Origin: an uncultured Actinomyces sp.
GTDB lineage: Bacteria > Actinomycetota > Actinomycetes > Actinomycetales > Actinomycetaceae
DNA length: 64,000 nt
Reading direction: 5' to 3'
NCBI GenBank assembly: GCA_964344825.1
Contig: CAYFOT010000004.1
Span: forward strand, 7,588-71,587
In this document: in pieces, positions 37,089-46,382 of the stretch
How the letters are laid out: each line of letters opens with the position of its first letter
How positions within the stretch are numbered: position 1 is the first letter of the stretch
Notes under the pieces: model-generated
Seen by the model: only the letters and a program-made list of their open reading frames with translations
The model's database searches: none
What the model was told of the DNA's origin: nothing
Program-made: the position numbers and the translations under genes

Positions 37089-38204
37089 GTGAGCGCCCGT
37101 GTTGCACTCTACATAGCAGTGATACTCCTGCTGTTGCTGGCCCTTGCCGTCATAGTCGTTGCGGCACTTGTCCGCAGGCCAAGGCGGGAGTGGCAGATAG
37201 CCGTAATGGGGCAGACCCAGGAGGTTCGCGGCACCGGGCTGGCGGATCTGCGGTTGCAGACGGTGAAGCCACGCAGAGTCAGTTTGGATGAGATGTGGGC
37301 TACAGAGTCGGTCCCACAAACCGCTTATGTTGGCGTTCCGCGCCTGCCCGATAGGTCGACGGTGGCAGATGCGATTGCGCCACTGGGACGGGACCTCATA
37401 CGTGACATGGTTGTGGTGCCGGCGGATGAGGTGCCCGCCGCGCCTGATCCCTATTTGGGTGAGCCAGGCAATGCGTACGATGAGCAGTTTAGGCCGATGG
37501 CCACTCAGCGCGAAGATCCCGAACTTGTGCAGGACTACCTGGCAACCATAGAACCGCCGCCCCCTCCGCCACCGCCCAGTGTCGACCAAGAATCTTCTTT
37601 GGATTGGCTCCAAGAGGCCTATTCAGCGCCAGGAGAACCGCGGATTTCGTTGCCTGCATTGTCCTCGATGCGGGGATTGTTCTCCGTTTCGGAGCTCCCC
37701 CCTGACCCTGGGCCTTCTTCCAGTGTCCCGCCGCCAACCGACGCGGAAACAGAGGATGTTGCGGCGCTTGGGCAACTGTCGGATGCTGAAGCCTACGTGG
37801 AACCCATTCTGGAGCTGGAGCTGGATGCGCAGGCTCAGAGGGACGTGGAAGCGGAGCTGGATGCTGAGCATATGCCAGGTGGCGCAGAGGCGGAGTTTAT
37901 GCCGGGCGGTGACGAAGCCGGGCTTGAACTGGAGCAGGAAACTGAACCGCCAGAGGCAGAATTCATTGAGGAAGAAGTGACTGAGGACGTAGAACCGGAC
38001 TCAGCGGAGATGGCCGCGTACGCGCAGGATGAGGTGTCGGCGCCGCTGGAAGATATAGAGGGTGCGGCCGGTATTGACGTGGAGATGGATACGCAAACGG
38101 ACGCGGATACGCGAACGGAAGCGGAAACGGACATGGAAGCGCGCGCGGGTGGCGACGCCAAAGATCACGAAGACAGGGACTTGGTAGGAATAGACGATGA
38201 GTGA
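37089..38204 (+). CDS. Hypothetical single-pass membrane protein, Pro-rich then extremely acidic low-complexity
   Basis: N-terminal TM segment ALYIAVILLLLLALAVIVVAALV, a PPPPPPP tract, and internal repeats MPGGAEAEF/MPGGDEAGL. Coding is supported by the long ORF and by its stop overlapping the ftsY start. I recognise no family. Confidence 0.5.
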   Translation: MSARVALYIAVILLLLLALAVIVVAALVRRPRREWQIAVMGQTQEVRGTGLADLRLQTVKPRRVSLDEMWATESVPQTAYVGVPRLPDRSTVADAIAPLGRDLIRDMVVVPADEVPAAPDPYLGEPGNAYDEQFRPMATQREDPELVQDYLATIEPPPPPPPPSVDQESSLDWLQEAYSAPGEPRISLPALSSMRGLFSVSELPPDPGPSSSVPPPTDAETEDVAALGQLSDAEAYVEPILELELDAQAQRDVEAELDAEHMPGGAEAEFMPGGDEAGLELEQETEPPEAEFIEEEVTEDVEPDSAEMAAYAQDEVSAPLEDIEGAAGIDVEMDTQTDADTRTEAETDMEARAGGDAKDHEDRDLVGIDDE

Positions 38205-39372
38205 CTTTGTAAGCTTCGTTTCATCGCCGGTGGGGTTGGCGGTAATAGCGGTACTGGTCATCGCCCTTGTGGTGCTGATCTTCTTCCTGGTGCGTTCCAA
38301 GACCCAAGCGCCGCCGACAGCCCCCAAGGAAGTAACGCCGGCGACACCTGCCAGACCGCCCAGCGAAGAGCCCCCGGCGTCCCTGGAAGAAGAGCCGGAG
38401 CCTGAACCTGCGCCACTGGATAAGCCGGAAGCGGTCGCCAGTCGGATGCAGCGTCTGCGGGCGCGCATGGCTTCCTCGGGAAGTATCGGAAAAGCTCTAC
38501 TCGCAGTCTTTTCCCGTGGCGAGCTCAGCGCGGCCGACTGGGAAGAGATCGAGGAGACTCTGCTCTTAGCAGACGTTGGACTTGGCCCCACGGAAGAGAT
38601 TTTGGAGAAGCTCCGCACCGCGGCGCGTGTTCACGGCAACCTGAGCTCAGAAGAAGCATCGAAGATCCTCCGTGAGGAGCTCCTTGAGCTGGTTGGACCC
38701 GACTGGGACAGGTCTCTGAACCTTGAGCCAACCGTTGGTCCGAACGACCAGCCGGGGCCGGCCGCGATCCTAGTTGTCGGCGTCAATGGAACGGGAAAGA
38801 CAACCACCGTTGGCAAGATGGCGCGGCTACTTCGGGCGGAAGACAAGGACGTTGTTCTGGGTGCCGCCGATACCTTCCGTGCAGCCGCAGCGGAGCAGTT
38901 GGAGACGTGGGGTGCACGCGTGGACGTTCCGGTCGTCACGTCGGATCGCGAGGGCGGGGACCCCGCCTCTGTGGCGTTCGAAGCCGTGAAGACCGCCCTC
39001 GCCCAAAACAGCGACGTCGTGATCGTGGACACGGCGGGGCGCCTCCAGACGAAAACTGCGCTGATGGATGAGCTGGGGAAGATCCGCCGGGTCATGGAGA
39101 AGCAGGTCCCTGTCGGAGAGGTCCTCCTAGTTCTTGATGCGACAACCGGCCAGAACGGCATGCGCCAAGCGCAGGTGTTTGCCGAAGCCGTTGGGATCAC
39201 GGGGATTGTGCTCACCAAGCTGGACGGATCCGCAAAGGGCGGAATCGTCATTTCTGTCCAGAAGGAGTTGAATGTGCCGGTGAAGCTCGTGGGCCTTGGT
39301 GAAGGTCCCGACGACCTAGCGCCATTCGACCCGGAGGGATTTGTTGATGCGATTTTGGGTGAGGACTCCTGA
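38197..39372 (+). CDS. ftsY: Signal recognition particle receptor FtsY (N-terminal TM anchor)
   Basis: NG domain motifs GVNGTGKTTT, DTAGRL, TKLDG, preceded by a hydrophobic segment and an acidic A-domain. Confidence 0.92.
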   Translation: MSDFVSFVSSPVGLAVIAVLVIALVVLIFFLVRSKTQAPPTAPKEVTPATPARPPSEEPPASLEEEPEPEPAPLDKPEAVASRMQRLRARMASSGSIGKALLAVFSRGELSAADWEEIEETLLLADVGLGPTEEILEKLRTAARVHGNLSSEEASKILREELLELVGPDWDRSLNLEPTVGPNDQPGPAAILVVGVNGTGKTTTVGKMARLLRAEDKDVVLGAADTFRAAAAEQLETWGARVDVPVVTSDREGGDPASVAFEAVKTALAQNSDVVIVDTAGRLQTKTALMDELGKIRRVMEKQVPVGEVLLVLDATTGQNGMRQAQVFAEAVGITGIVLTKLDGSAKGGIVISVQKELNVPVKLVGLGEGPDDLAPFDPEGFVDAILGEDS

Positions 39373-39461
39373 TCGCTGGATACTTGTTCATCGCCCCTAG
39401 GCGCCAAGCTGGGGTAATCTGACCGTCAATATGACCTGTTTCGATACGCAAGGAATCGCCT

Positions 39462-41081
39462 GTGTTTAACTCACTTTCTGACCGCCTCAGTGAATCTTTC
39501 AAGAGGCTCCGCGGCAAGGGTGTCTTGTCGGAGGCCGACGTTGACGCAACCCTTGGTGAGATCCGTCGGGCCCTCCTTGACGCGGACGTGGCACTGCCGG
39601 TTGTCCGGGAATTCACCGCGAATGTGCGCGAAAAGGCGTACGGCGCGGCCCGCTCCAAGGTGCTAAACCCGGGCCAGCAGGTCGTCCAGGTGGTTCACGA
39701 TGAGTTGGTGGAGATCCTGGGGGGTGAGACCAGGGAACTCACGTTTGCTCAGCGCGGACCCACTGTCTTCATGCTTGCGGGCCTGCAGGGTGCAGGTAAA
39801 ACCACCCTGGCGGGAAAGCTTGGTAAGTGGCTTCGCGAAAACGACAAACGTGTCCTCTTAGTCGCATCCGACCTGCAACGCCCAAATGCGGTAAACCAGC
39901 TTCAGATCATCGGTGAACGTGCCGGGGTTGACGTGTGGGCACCGGAACCAGGTAACGGTGTCGGCAACCCGATTTTGGTTGCGCGAAGCGGCCTGTCGGA
40001 GGCCGTGGCAAACGGGTATGACGTAGTCATTGTCGACACCGCGGGTCGTTTGGGTGTTGACGAAGAGATGATGGAGCAGGCGCGGCAAATCCGTGACTCC
40101 GTCAAACCGCATGAAATCATGTTCGTCCTGGATGCCATGGTCGGTCAGGACGCCGTGCAGACCGCGACCGCGTTCCGCGATGGCGTCGGTTTCACCGGCG
40201 TTGTCATGTCGAAGATGGACGGTGACGCGCGTGGTGGTGCGGCGCTCTCCGTCCGTGGCGTCACGGGCGCACCGATCCTGTTTGCCTCTACAGGCGAAGG
40301 CCTTGACGACTTTGAGCGCTTCCATGCTGACCGCATGGCGGGGCGAATCCTGGATATGGGCGACATTCTCACCCTCATTGAGCAGGCTGAGAAGAAGATG
40401 GACCAGGAGGCCGCCGAAGAGATGGCCGCAAAGGCCATGTCTGGGGACCTCACCCTCGATGACTTCCTGAAGCAACTCCAGCAGGTTCGCAAGCTGGGGT
40501 CCATGAAGAAGGTCTTGGGCATGATGCCCGGCATGGCTCAGGTTCGTGACCAGCTTGAGAACTTTGATGAGAAAGAAGTGGACCGCGTAGAGGCGATCGT
40601 CCGCTCCATGACACCGGCGGAGCGCCGTGACGTGAAGATCCTGAATGGGTCTAGGCGTCAGCGCATCGCGCGTGGTTCGGGAACCACTGTTGCTGAGGTC
40701 AATGGCTTAGTGAAGCGGTTTGAGGCCGCGCGGCAGATGATGTCGTCCATGGGCCCCGGCGGTATGCCCAACATGGCTGCTCTGCAGCAGGGGGCTCGCC
40801 CCGGAAAGGCAGCCGGCCGGGCAAAACAAAAAGAGCAGGCACGACAGGCCCAGGCGCGCAAAGCGCGGATCAAGAAGAAGGCCCGTTCAGGGAATCCAGC
40901 GAAGCGACGCCAACAAGAGTTGGAGGCAATGCTGCCCAAAGACCAGCGGTCCGGGACACCAAGCGCCCCCGGATCTGCATTCGGTCTTGGAGCGGCGCAG
41001 CCGCAGGTGAGTGAAGCCGATCTGCGCGAAAGCATGGATTCACTACCGGACGACCTCAAACGGATGATGGGACGCATCTAG
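39462..41081 (+). CDS. ffh: Signal recognition particle protein Ffh
   Basis: MFNSLSDRL..., GLQGAGKTT, DTAGRL, SKMDGDARGG, and a Met-rich M domain. GTG start behind AAGGAA. Confidence 0.93.
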   Translation: MFNSLSDRLSESFKRLRGKGVLSEADVDATLGEIRRALLDADVALPVVREFTANVREKAYGAARSKVLNPGQQVVQVVHDELVEILGGETRELTFAQRGPTVFMLAGLQGAGKTTLAGKLGKWLRENDKRVLLVASDLQRPNAVNQLQIIGERAGVDVWAPEPGNGVGNPILVARSGLSEAVANGYDVVIVDTAGRLGVDEEMMEQARQIRDSVKPHEIMFVLDAMVGQDAVQTATAFRDGVGFTGVVMSKMDGDARGGAALSVRGVTGAPILFASTGEGLDDFERFHADRMAGRILDMGDILTLIEQAEKKMDQEAAEEMAAKAMSGDLTLDDFLKQLQQVRKLGSMKKVLGMMPGMAQVRDQLENFDEKEVDRVEAIVRSMTPAERRDVKILNGSRRQRIARGSGTTVAEVNGLVKRFEAARQMMSSMGPGGMPNMAALQQGARPGKAAGRAKQKEQARQAQARKARIKKKARSGNPAKRRQQELEAMLPKDQRSGTPSAPGSAFGLGAAQPQVSEADLRESMDSLPDDLKRMMGRI

Positions 41082-41097
41082 ACTTCAGGAGGGTGCT

Positions 41098-42222
41098 ATG
41101 AGTCAGGCGTTCAGTCTCACGGGGCTGGTGTTATGGCGTGACCACCCCGACGAGGCGCCCTCGTTCAAATACGGAACACTTCGCGTGCATGAGGGGATTT
41201 GCTCCTCATTTGAACAATCCCCTAAAGAGGGGCCAGCCGAGGCGTATATCGTGCCTGGCTTCGTGGACATGCACGCTCACATGGGGATCGGAAACGGCCC
41301 GTCCTCATCCGAACAAATCACCCAGCACGCTTGGGAACAAATTCGTGCGGGGGTACTGGCTGTTCGTGAGCCTGGCTCTCCAGTGAAGATCAGCAAGTCT
41401 GAACTGCCATACGAACGACCGATCATTGTGTCATCCGGGCGCCATATCGGGGTGGAGAAACGGTATATCCGTGGGCTCTCAGTAGAGCTACCTTCACCGG
41501 CATCAGCGGATGCCGCAAGGGTGCGGGCGCTTGGCCAGGAGGTTGTCCGTCAAGCCAAAATTGGTGACGGCTGGGTCAAACTGGTGGGGGACTGGATTGA
41601 CCGAAGCGGCGCAGACAAAAGTGACCTGCGGCCGTTGTGGTCCGGCTACGAACTCAAAGAAGCAGTCAAGGCCGCGCATGGTGCAGGCGCCAAAGTAGCG
41701 GTGCACATATTTGGTGCCAGCGGCATCGATGACCTGCTGGACGCGGGAGTGGACAGCATTGAGCACGGCACGGGAATGACTCTGGAGCAGATGAAGCGAG
41801 CAGCGGACCAGGGGATAGTGGTCGTCCCGACTCTTATTCAGGTCATGAAATTCCCGCAGTTTGCTTCTGCTGCAACGCGGTACCCGAAATACGCCCAAAC
41901 CATGACTGGTCTATATCAGCGGCGCCATCAGTGGTTCGCAGACCTCCTCCAATCCGGCGTGCAAATCATGGTGGGCTCGGATGCGGGTGGTTTCCAATCG
42001 CAAGGCGCGCTGATCAAAGAAATGCAGACAATGGTGCAGTGGGGGATGGCGCCAGCAGACGTCCTTGACCTGGCAACATGGAAGGCAAGAGACTACTTGG
42101 GCTTACCGTCCCTATCCGTGGGCGCCCCAGCAGACGCTGTCATCTTCTCTTCAGATCCAAGGACCTCTGCGAAGCCTTGGGCGGAACCCAAAGCAATCGT
42201 TGCTAACGGCAACCTCCTCTAA
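41098..42222 (+). CDS. Amidohydrolase-family metal-dependent hydrolase
   Basis: GFVDMHAHMG metal-binding motif and HGTG/GSDAG motifs. This position after ffh is conserved in actinobacteria. Confidence 0.8.
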   Translation: MSQAFSLTGLVLWRDHPDEAPSFKYGTLRVHEGICSSFEQSPKEGPAEAYIVPGFVDMHAHMGIGNGPSSSEQITQHAWEQIRAGVLAVREPGSPVKISKSELPYERPIIVSSGRHIGVEKRYIRGLSVELPSPASADAARVRALGQEVVRQAKIGDGWVKLVGDWIDRSGADKSDLRPLWSGYELKEAVKAAHGAGAKVAVHIFGASGIDDLLDAGVDSIEHGTGMTLEQMKRAADQGIVVVPTLIQVMKFPQFASAATRYPKYAQTMTGLYQRRHQWFADLLQSGVQIMVGSDAGGFQSQGALIKEMQTMVQWGMAPADVLDLATWKARDYLGLPSLSVGAPADAVIFSSDPRTSAKPWAEPKAIVANGNLL

Positions 42223-42378
42223 CGATGAAGTAAGGGCGTCCGATAGCCAGTTTTGCTGTGTCTGGCTCATTTCTGGGGGCTAGGACGACCATCTCAGCCT
42301 CCAATGTAACGAAATATCGCTCACTGGTTGGCAACGTTGAAGAGAGCTCCCGGGGAGTCTCGGGTGCACACCGGGGCG

Positions 42379-43230
42379 ATGACGATGAAGACAGCATTCG
42401 GGAAGGCGCTGGATAAAAAGACGGCTCTGCCGCCGGGATGGGCCAGCAGAATCGCTGCAGTGATTGCAACCGTCAGCGTGGCCCTGACAGGCTGCGGGAT
42501 TCTGGGCGGAAACACGAAGGTAAGAATCACTGAAGAAGGTGATTCCGTCACCGTGTCCATTCCGAAGATGAGTGAAAAGCAGTCTTCGGCGCGCGCACAA
42601 ACCGTCAACGCGCTAATGCTCTACGTGGATGCGCGCACTCTTCTAGACCGGTACTCTGAGATGGAACTGGATGAGAGCAACCTAGATGCCGCACACTCCC
42701 TAGGTGAGGATGCTCTGGCCGCACTAGATGCAGCTGGCAGTGCAGTAAAACAGGCCCACACGCTTCTACAAGACGCTTATCCGGATATATCGATCAGCGA
42801 CAATGCGGCAGTGGGCGACACTCTGCTTGACACGCAAGGGGCTTCTTGGGGCCAGCCTGCTTCCTATGGGTCTGTGCAACAAGAGTCCGATTGGAAAGAC
42901 AAGGTGTGGTGCACCACGAAAGGCGTCTTAAGGGTTGGGATTGCGGTCGCAACTGTCGCAGGCGTCATCGTAGCGGCTCCCGAACTTGGGGCGGTTTCAG
43001 CGTTTGCGGGTGGCGTGGCAGTGGCATTTGCGGGTGCCGACGCCTTCGTAGAGGTCGGGTCCGGCGTCGCAAATGTGACCCTTGGGTGGGACAACAACGT
43101 AACGGACGCTCTCAGCGAAGCGCAGAAATCCTACGCACCGATTGCTTTGGTCGCGAACATTCCCGGTGCCGCTGCGTACGCAATCAATGCTGGAAAAATC
43201 TGTCCGATCTGTCCGGGGCTGCAACCCTAG
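42379..43230 (+). CDS. Hypothetical lipoprotein with Gly/Ala-rich hydrophobic C-terminal region
   Basis: Signal peptide with lipobox VALTGC. The C-terminal GIAVATVAGVIVAAPELGAVSAFAGGVAVAFAGADAF has GxxxG/A-like repeats, and the protein ends KICPICPGLQP. The start could instead be 42328 (TTG) or 42385. Confidence 0.5.
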   Translation: MTMKTAFGKALDKKTALPPGWASRIAAVIATVSVALTGCGILGGNTKVRITEEGDSVTVSIPKMSEKQSSARAQTVNALMLYVDARTLLDRYSEMELDESNLDAAHSLGEDALAALDAAGSAVKQAHTLLQDAYPDISISDNAAVGDTLLDTQGASWGQPASYGSVQQESDWKDKVWCTTKGVLRVGIAVATVAGVIVAAPELGAVSAFAGGVAVAFAGADAFVEVGSGVANVTLGWDNNVTDALSEAQKSYAPIALVANIPGAAAYAINAGKICPICPGLQP

Positions 43231-43322
43231 TGGGGACGATTTCCTTGGACTCTTCATAGGGCCACATTGCGGGTTACAAGATAAACAGTGACAAGTCCGG
43301 GAAGCCTGAGTCGTTCACCCAT

Positions 43323-43847
43323 ATGGAGATCCCACGAGGGGAAACCCCCGAAGAGACTATTGCGAACTTGGCGGCTGCGGGCTTCGGAGTAGATGAGGAT
43401 GGCAGACTTATCGAAGTGGCCCCCAGTGACACTGGCGAGGGCGGAAAAGAGGGCACAGAGCAAAAGGACCAGGGTGGCAAGGAGACCAAAGACGAGCCTG
43501 AGGAGAAGACTGAGGCTCCTGTGAGTGGACTACAGCCAGGAGCCTATTCCGTACGTGTCCCCGTTGAGAACAAAGAGTCAGGCACGACGGGAGAATTCTG
43601 GTTTCCGATGGTGATTAGCCTGGATGGGGATAAGTTCTCATTCCAGGCGGACATCCCAGGTATGGAAGACCTCCCCGTTTTCAGTGGCACCTATGACGAA
43701 GCAACGGAGACGGCTACGGTCAGCGCAAGAGACTCGATAGTGCACATCAAGTTCGATACTTCGGTTTCGCCAATTGTCGGGGTGGTAACAGTCACCGACG
43801 ACGAAGAATCCCTCACGTATGACATTGTTCAAGGAGACCGGAGTTAG
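43323..43847 (+). CDS. Hypothetical protein (acidic N-terminal half, beta-rich C-terminal half)
   Basis: 174-aa ORF with no family recognised. Same strand and close spacing with the preceding lipoprotein gene. Confidence 0.45.
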   Translation: MEIPRGETPEETIANLAAAGFGVDEDGRLIEVAPSDTGEGGKEGTEQKDQGGKETKDEPEEKTEAPVSGLQPGAYSVRVPVENKESGTTGEFWFPMVISLDGDKFSFQADIPGMEDLPVFSGTYDEATETATVSARDSIVHIKFDTSVSPIVGVVTVTDDEESLTYDIVQGDRS

Positions 43848-43886
43848 GTTGTCCCCTGCTGGTAGCGCAGAGGCAATAGTCCCCAC

Positions 43887-44825
43887 TTAACTTTGGGACT
43901 CAGCCACTTCCTCAAGGACGCTTCGTGCGGTTTTGGCATCCAACGTACCTACCGAAGCAACGATGGCTGGTCGCAGCCCATTGGGAAGATCAGTGTCCAT
44001 AGGAAGGTTCAAAACTTTGCCGCCCGCGACCTTCACCAAGTGGATTCCTGCGGCCACATCCCAAGGTTTGAAAGTAAAGCCCATGGTCACACCAATCCAG
44101 CCGGCCGCAACCATTGCAAGGTCCACGGCCACAGCCCCCGGGCGCCTCACCACTGAGTAGTGGGACATCAGGGTGCGCTCATGGTCTGCGGTGCGCAGGC
44201 GGTCATGGTTCAGGCTCCAAATCCCCGGGTAGTAGGCAGCAATGAGAGCCTCCGATTCAGCCGTCGGCCCCGCACTTCGCAAGGGAGTCCGTTCCATCGT
44301 CATCTCATCTAAGTGCCAAGCGTGCTTGGAGTCGGCCGCGAATAGTTCCCGATTGAAAGGGACCGATACGACGCCCGCAACGATCTGCCCGTCCAACTCC
44401 ACGCCAATCGAAGTCCCGAAGTAGGTGAGCCCCGACGCAAAGTTCGCGGTGCCGTCTATCGGGTCCACGATCCACCTCACGCGCGGTCCCAGATCAGCCA
44501 CGCGCTCACCGACGGTGGGGTCGAGGGCGGCTGTCGGCGCGGGCAGCGCCAGACCGTCAGGCGCTACGTCCGTGGGCACTTTATAGTCCCCTCCGCCCTC
44601 GCCCATCTCCTCACCTAACACCAAGGAGCCCGGAACGGTTTGGTCCAAGAACGCCCTCAGGACTGACTCAACATACTGATCGTGAGCAGTCACCGGGTCG
44701 TGGATGTCGACCTTCAACGCCACGTCCGGAGCGGAGCGCGCAACCCTGCGCAGGTACGGGGCAACTAGGAGAGCAGCGGCACTGGCAACCTCCGCCAAGT
44801 CGGCGGCAAGACGATCTTCACTCAT
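43887..44825 (-). CDS. Inositol monophosphatase family protein (SuhB/HisN-like)
   Basis: Motifs LGEE, WIVDPIDGTANF and WDVAAG. Start taken at ATG 44825 (MSEDRLAADL...); the track ORF extends to GTG 44864. Confidence 0.8.
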   Translation of the reverse strand: MSEDRLAADLAEVASAAALLVAPYLRRVARSAPDVALKVDIHDPVTAHDQYVESVLRAFLDQTVPGSLVLGEEMGEGGGDYKVPTDVAPDGLALPAPTAALDPTVGERVADLGPRVRWIVDPIDGTANFASGLTYFGTSIGVELDGQIVAGVVSVPFNRELFAADSKHAWHLDEMTMERTPLRSAGPTAESEALIAAYYPGIWSLNHDRLRTADHERTLMSHYSVVRRPGAVAVDLAMVAAGWIGVTMGFTFKPWDVAAGIHLVKVAGGKVLNLPMDTDLPNGLRPAIVASVGTLDAKTARSVLEEVAESQS

Positions 44826-45046
44826 AGCTTCACTATGGTACTTGCGGGCGGTGAGGAACTCCACGTCTCAAACGGCACCAAAAAGGGCCGCTCCGCTTCG
44901 GTTCGGGGCGAACACGTGGCAAGATAACCTCTGTACTCGGATACGTGTGCCCTCTCCGCATGTTATCTGCGTTCCCTGAAGGAAACTTAGTTGGCCCCAC
45001 CAACGAAAGCGGACTTCAACAAAAAGTTCAAGGAGTAACCACTCAA

Positions 45047-45499
45047 GTGGCAGTTCGTATTCGTTTGAAGCGCATGGGCGCTATCCATGATCCTAAGTAC
45101 CGTGTCGTCGTTGTCGACTCACGCAAGAAGCGTGATGGTCGCGTGATCGAAGAGATCGGTTATTACGATCCGGTACCGAACCCTTCCATCATCACCATCG
45201 ATTCTGACCGTGCTGTTTACTGGCTCGGTGTTGGCGCGCAGCCGTCAGAGGCTGCTCGTCGTCTGCTCAGCCTGAACGGTGACTTGGCACGCGCGAATGG
45301 CAAGGAGAATGTCGTTAGCCGTATCAAGGTCGCTGATGTAGATAAGGCTGCACAGACAGAAGAGGCCATCAAGGCAGCTGCTGACAAGGCTCAGAAAGAC
45401 AAGGCTAAGGCAGCCGAAGCGAAGGCCGCCGCAAAGGCTGAGGCTGACTTGGCCGCGGCGGATGCCGAGGTTGAGGCTGCTGAGGAAGCGGCAGAATGA
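45047..45499 (+). CDS. rpsP: 30S ribosomal protein S16 with Ala/Lys-rich C-terminal extension
   Basis: (M)[34 protein letters not shown] 45047 lies behind AAGGAG, and the longer track ORF is rejected. Confidence 0.92.
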   Translation: MAVRIRLKRMGAIHDPKYRVVVVDSRKKRDGRVIEEIGYYDPVPNPSIITIDSDRAVYWLGVGAQPSEAARRLLSLNGDLARANGKENVVSRIKVADVDKAAQTEEAIKAAADKAQKDKAKAAEAKAAAKAEADLAAADAEVEAAEEAAE

Positions 45500-45738
45500 G
45501 TGCCCTGGCGGATGCTCTTGAGCATCTGGTCTCCGGCATCGTCGACAACCCGGATGAGGTCCGGGTGGACAGTCGTAACCAGCGTCGCGGGCAGCTCTTG
45601 GAAGTCCGGGTTCACCCGGATGACTTGGGCCGCGTGATTGGACGCAACGGCCGCACAGCTCGCTCTTTGCGGAAAGTGATTTCCGCGCTGAAGGGCAAGG
45701 GGTTTGTGCGCGTGGACGTCGTGGAGACGGACCGGTAA
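45496..45738 (+). CDS. KH-domain RNA-binding protein (YlqC family)
   Basis: 80 aa containing [15 protein letters not shown] (GxxG KH motif). Conserved position between rpsP and rimM. Confidence 0.85.
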   Translation: MSALADALEHLVSGIVDNPDEVRVDSRNQRRGQLLEVRVHPDDLGRVIGRNGRTARSLRKVISALKGKGFVRVDVVETDR

Positions 45739-45767
45739 ACGGTTCACCTAGCAATAGATGAGAAGAT

Positions 45768-45799
45768 GGGCTCGGCCGAAAGGCTGGGCTCATCTTTTT
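45768..45799 (+). terminator. Hairpin plus T-run between the KH gene and rimM (internal attenuator?)
   Basis: GGGCTCGGCC-GAAA-GGCTGGGCTC (stem with G-U pairs) followed by ATCTTTTTG. Confidence 0.45.
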
Positions 45800-45820
45800 G
45801 TGTCCGGAGGGATCGTTTTT

Positions 45821-46378
45821 ATGGGACAGGAGAAACCGATGGTTTCCAAAGAAGACCTAATGCTGGCAGGCATCGTGGGATCAGCCCGTGGCCTGCAAGG
45901 TGAGGTAAACGTGCAGGTCCGCACCGACAGCCCACTGGAGGTTTTCCAGGTGGGTGTGGAAGTGGAGACGGACCAGGAAAATACGCCGTCCCTCATCATT
46001 TCGTCTGTGCGTTCCCACAACGACCGTCTACTTCTTCGTTTCGAGGGCGTTGTGACCCGTGAAGGCGCCGAAGCCCTGCGTGGGGCTGAACTGTTGGTCC
46101 CCGCCCACCACGAAGACGACGCGTGGTATGAGCATGAGTTGAAGGGCCTGTGTGTTGAGGATCTCAACGGTCGCGAACTTGGTGAGGTGAGCGCCCTACT
46201 CTCATCTCCTGCCCATGACCTTCTTGTCGTCCGCTCTGGGGGTCAGGACGTTCTGGTGCCCTTCGTAGAGGAAATCGTTCCAGAGGTCCTGGTCGACGAA
46301 GGCAAGGTCATTGTGGACCCACCAGGCGGACTCTTCCCGGAAGCACCGGACACAGACGACACTCCCAGCGTGAGTTAG
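45821..46378 (+). CDS. rimM: Ribosome maturation factor RimM
   Basis: LLAGIVGSARGLQGEVNVQVRTD..., and a PRC-barrel C-terminus. ATG 45821 lies behind GGAGGG. Confidence 0.85.
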   Translation: MGQEKPMVSKEDLMLAGIVGSARGLQGEVNVQVRTDSPLEVFQVGVEVETDQENTPSLIISSVRSHNDRLLLRFEGVVTREGAEALRGAELLVPAHHEDDAWYEHELKGLCVEDLNGRELGEVSALLSSPAHDLLVVRSGGQDVLVPFVEEIVPEVLVDEGKVIVDPPGGLFPEAPDTDDTPSVS

Positions 46379-46382
46379 CATC

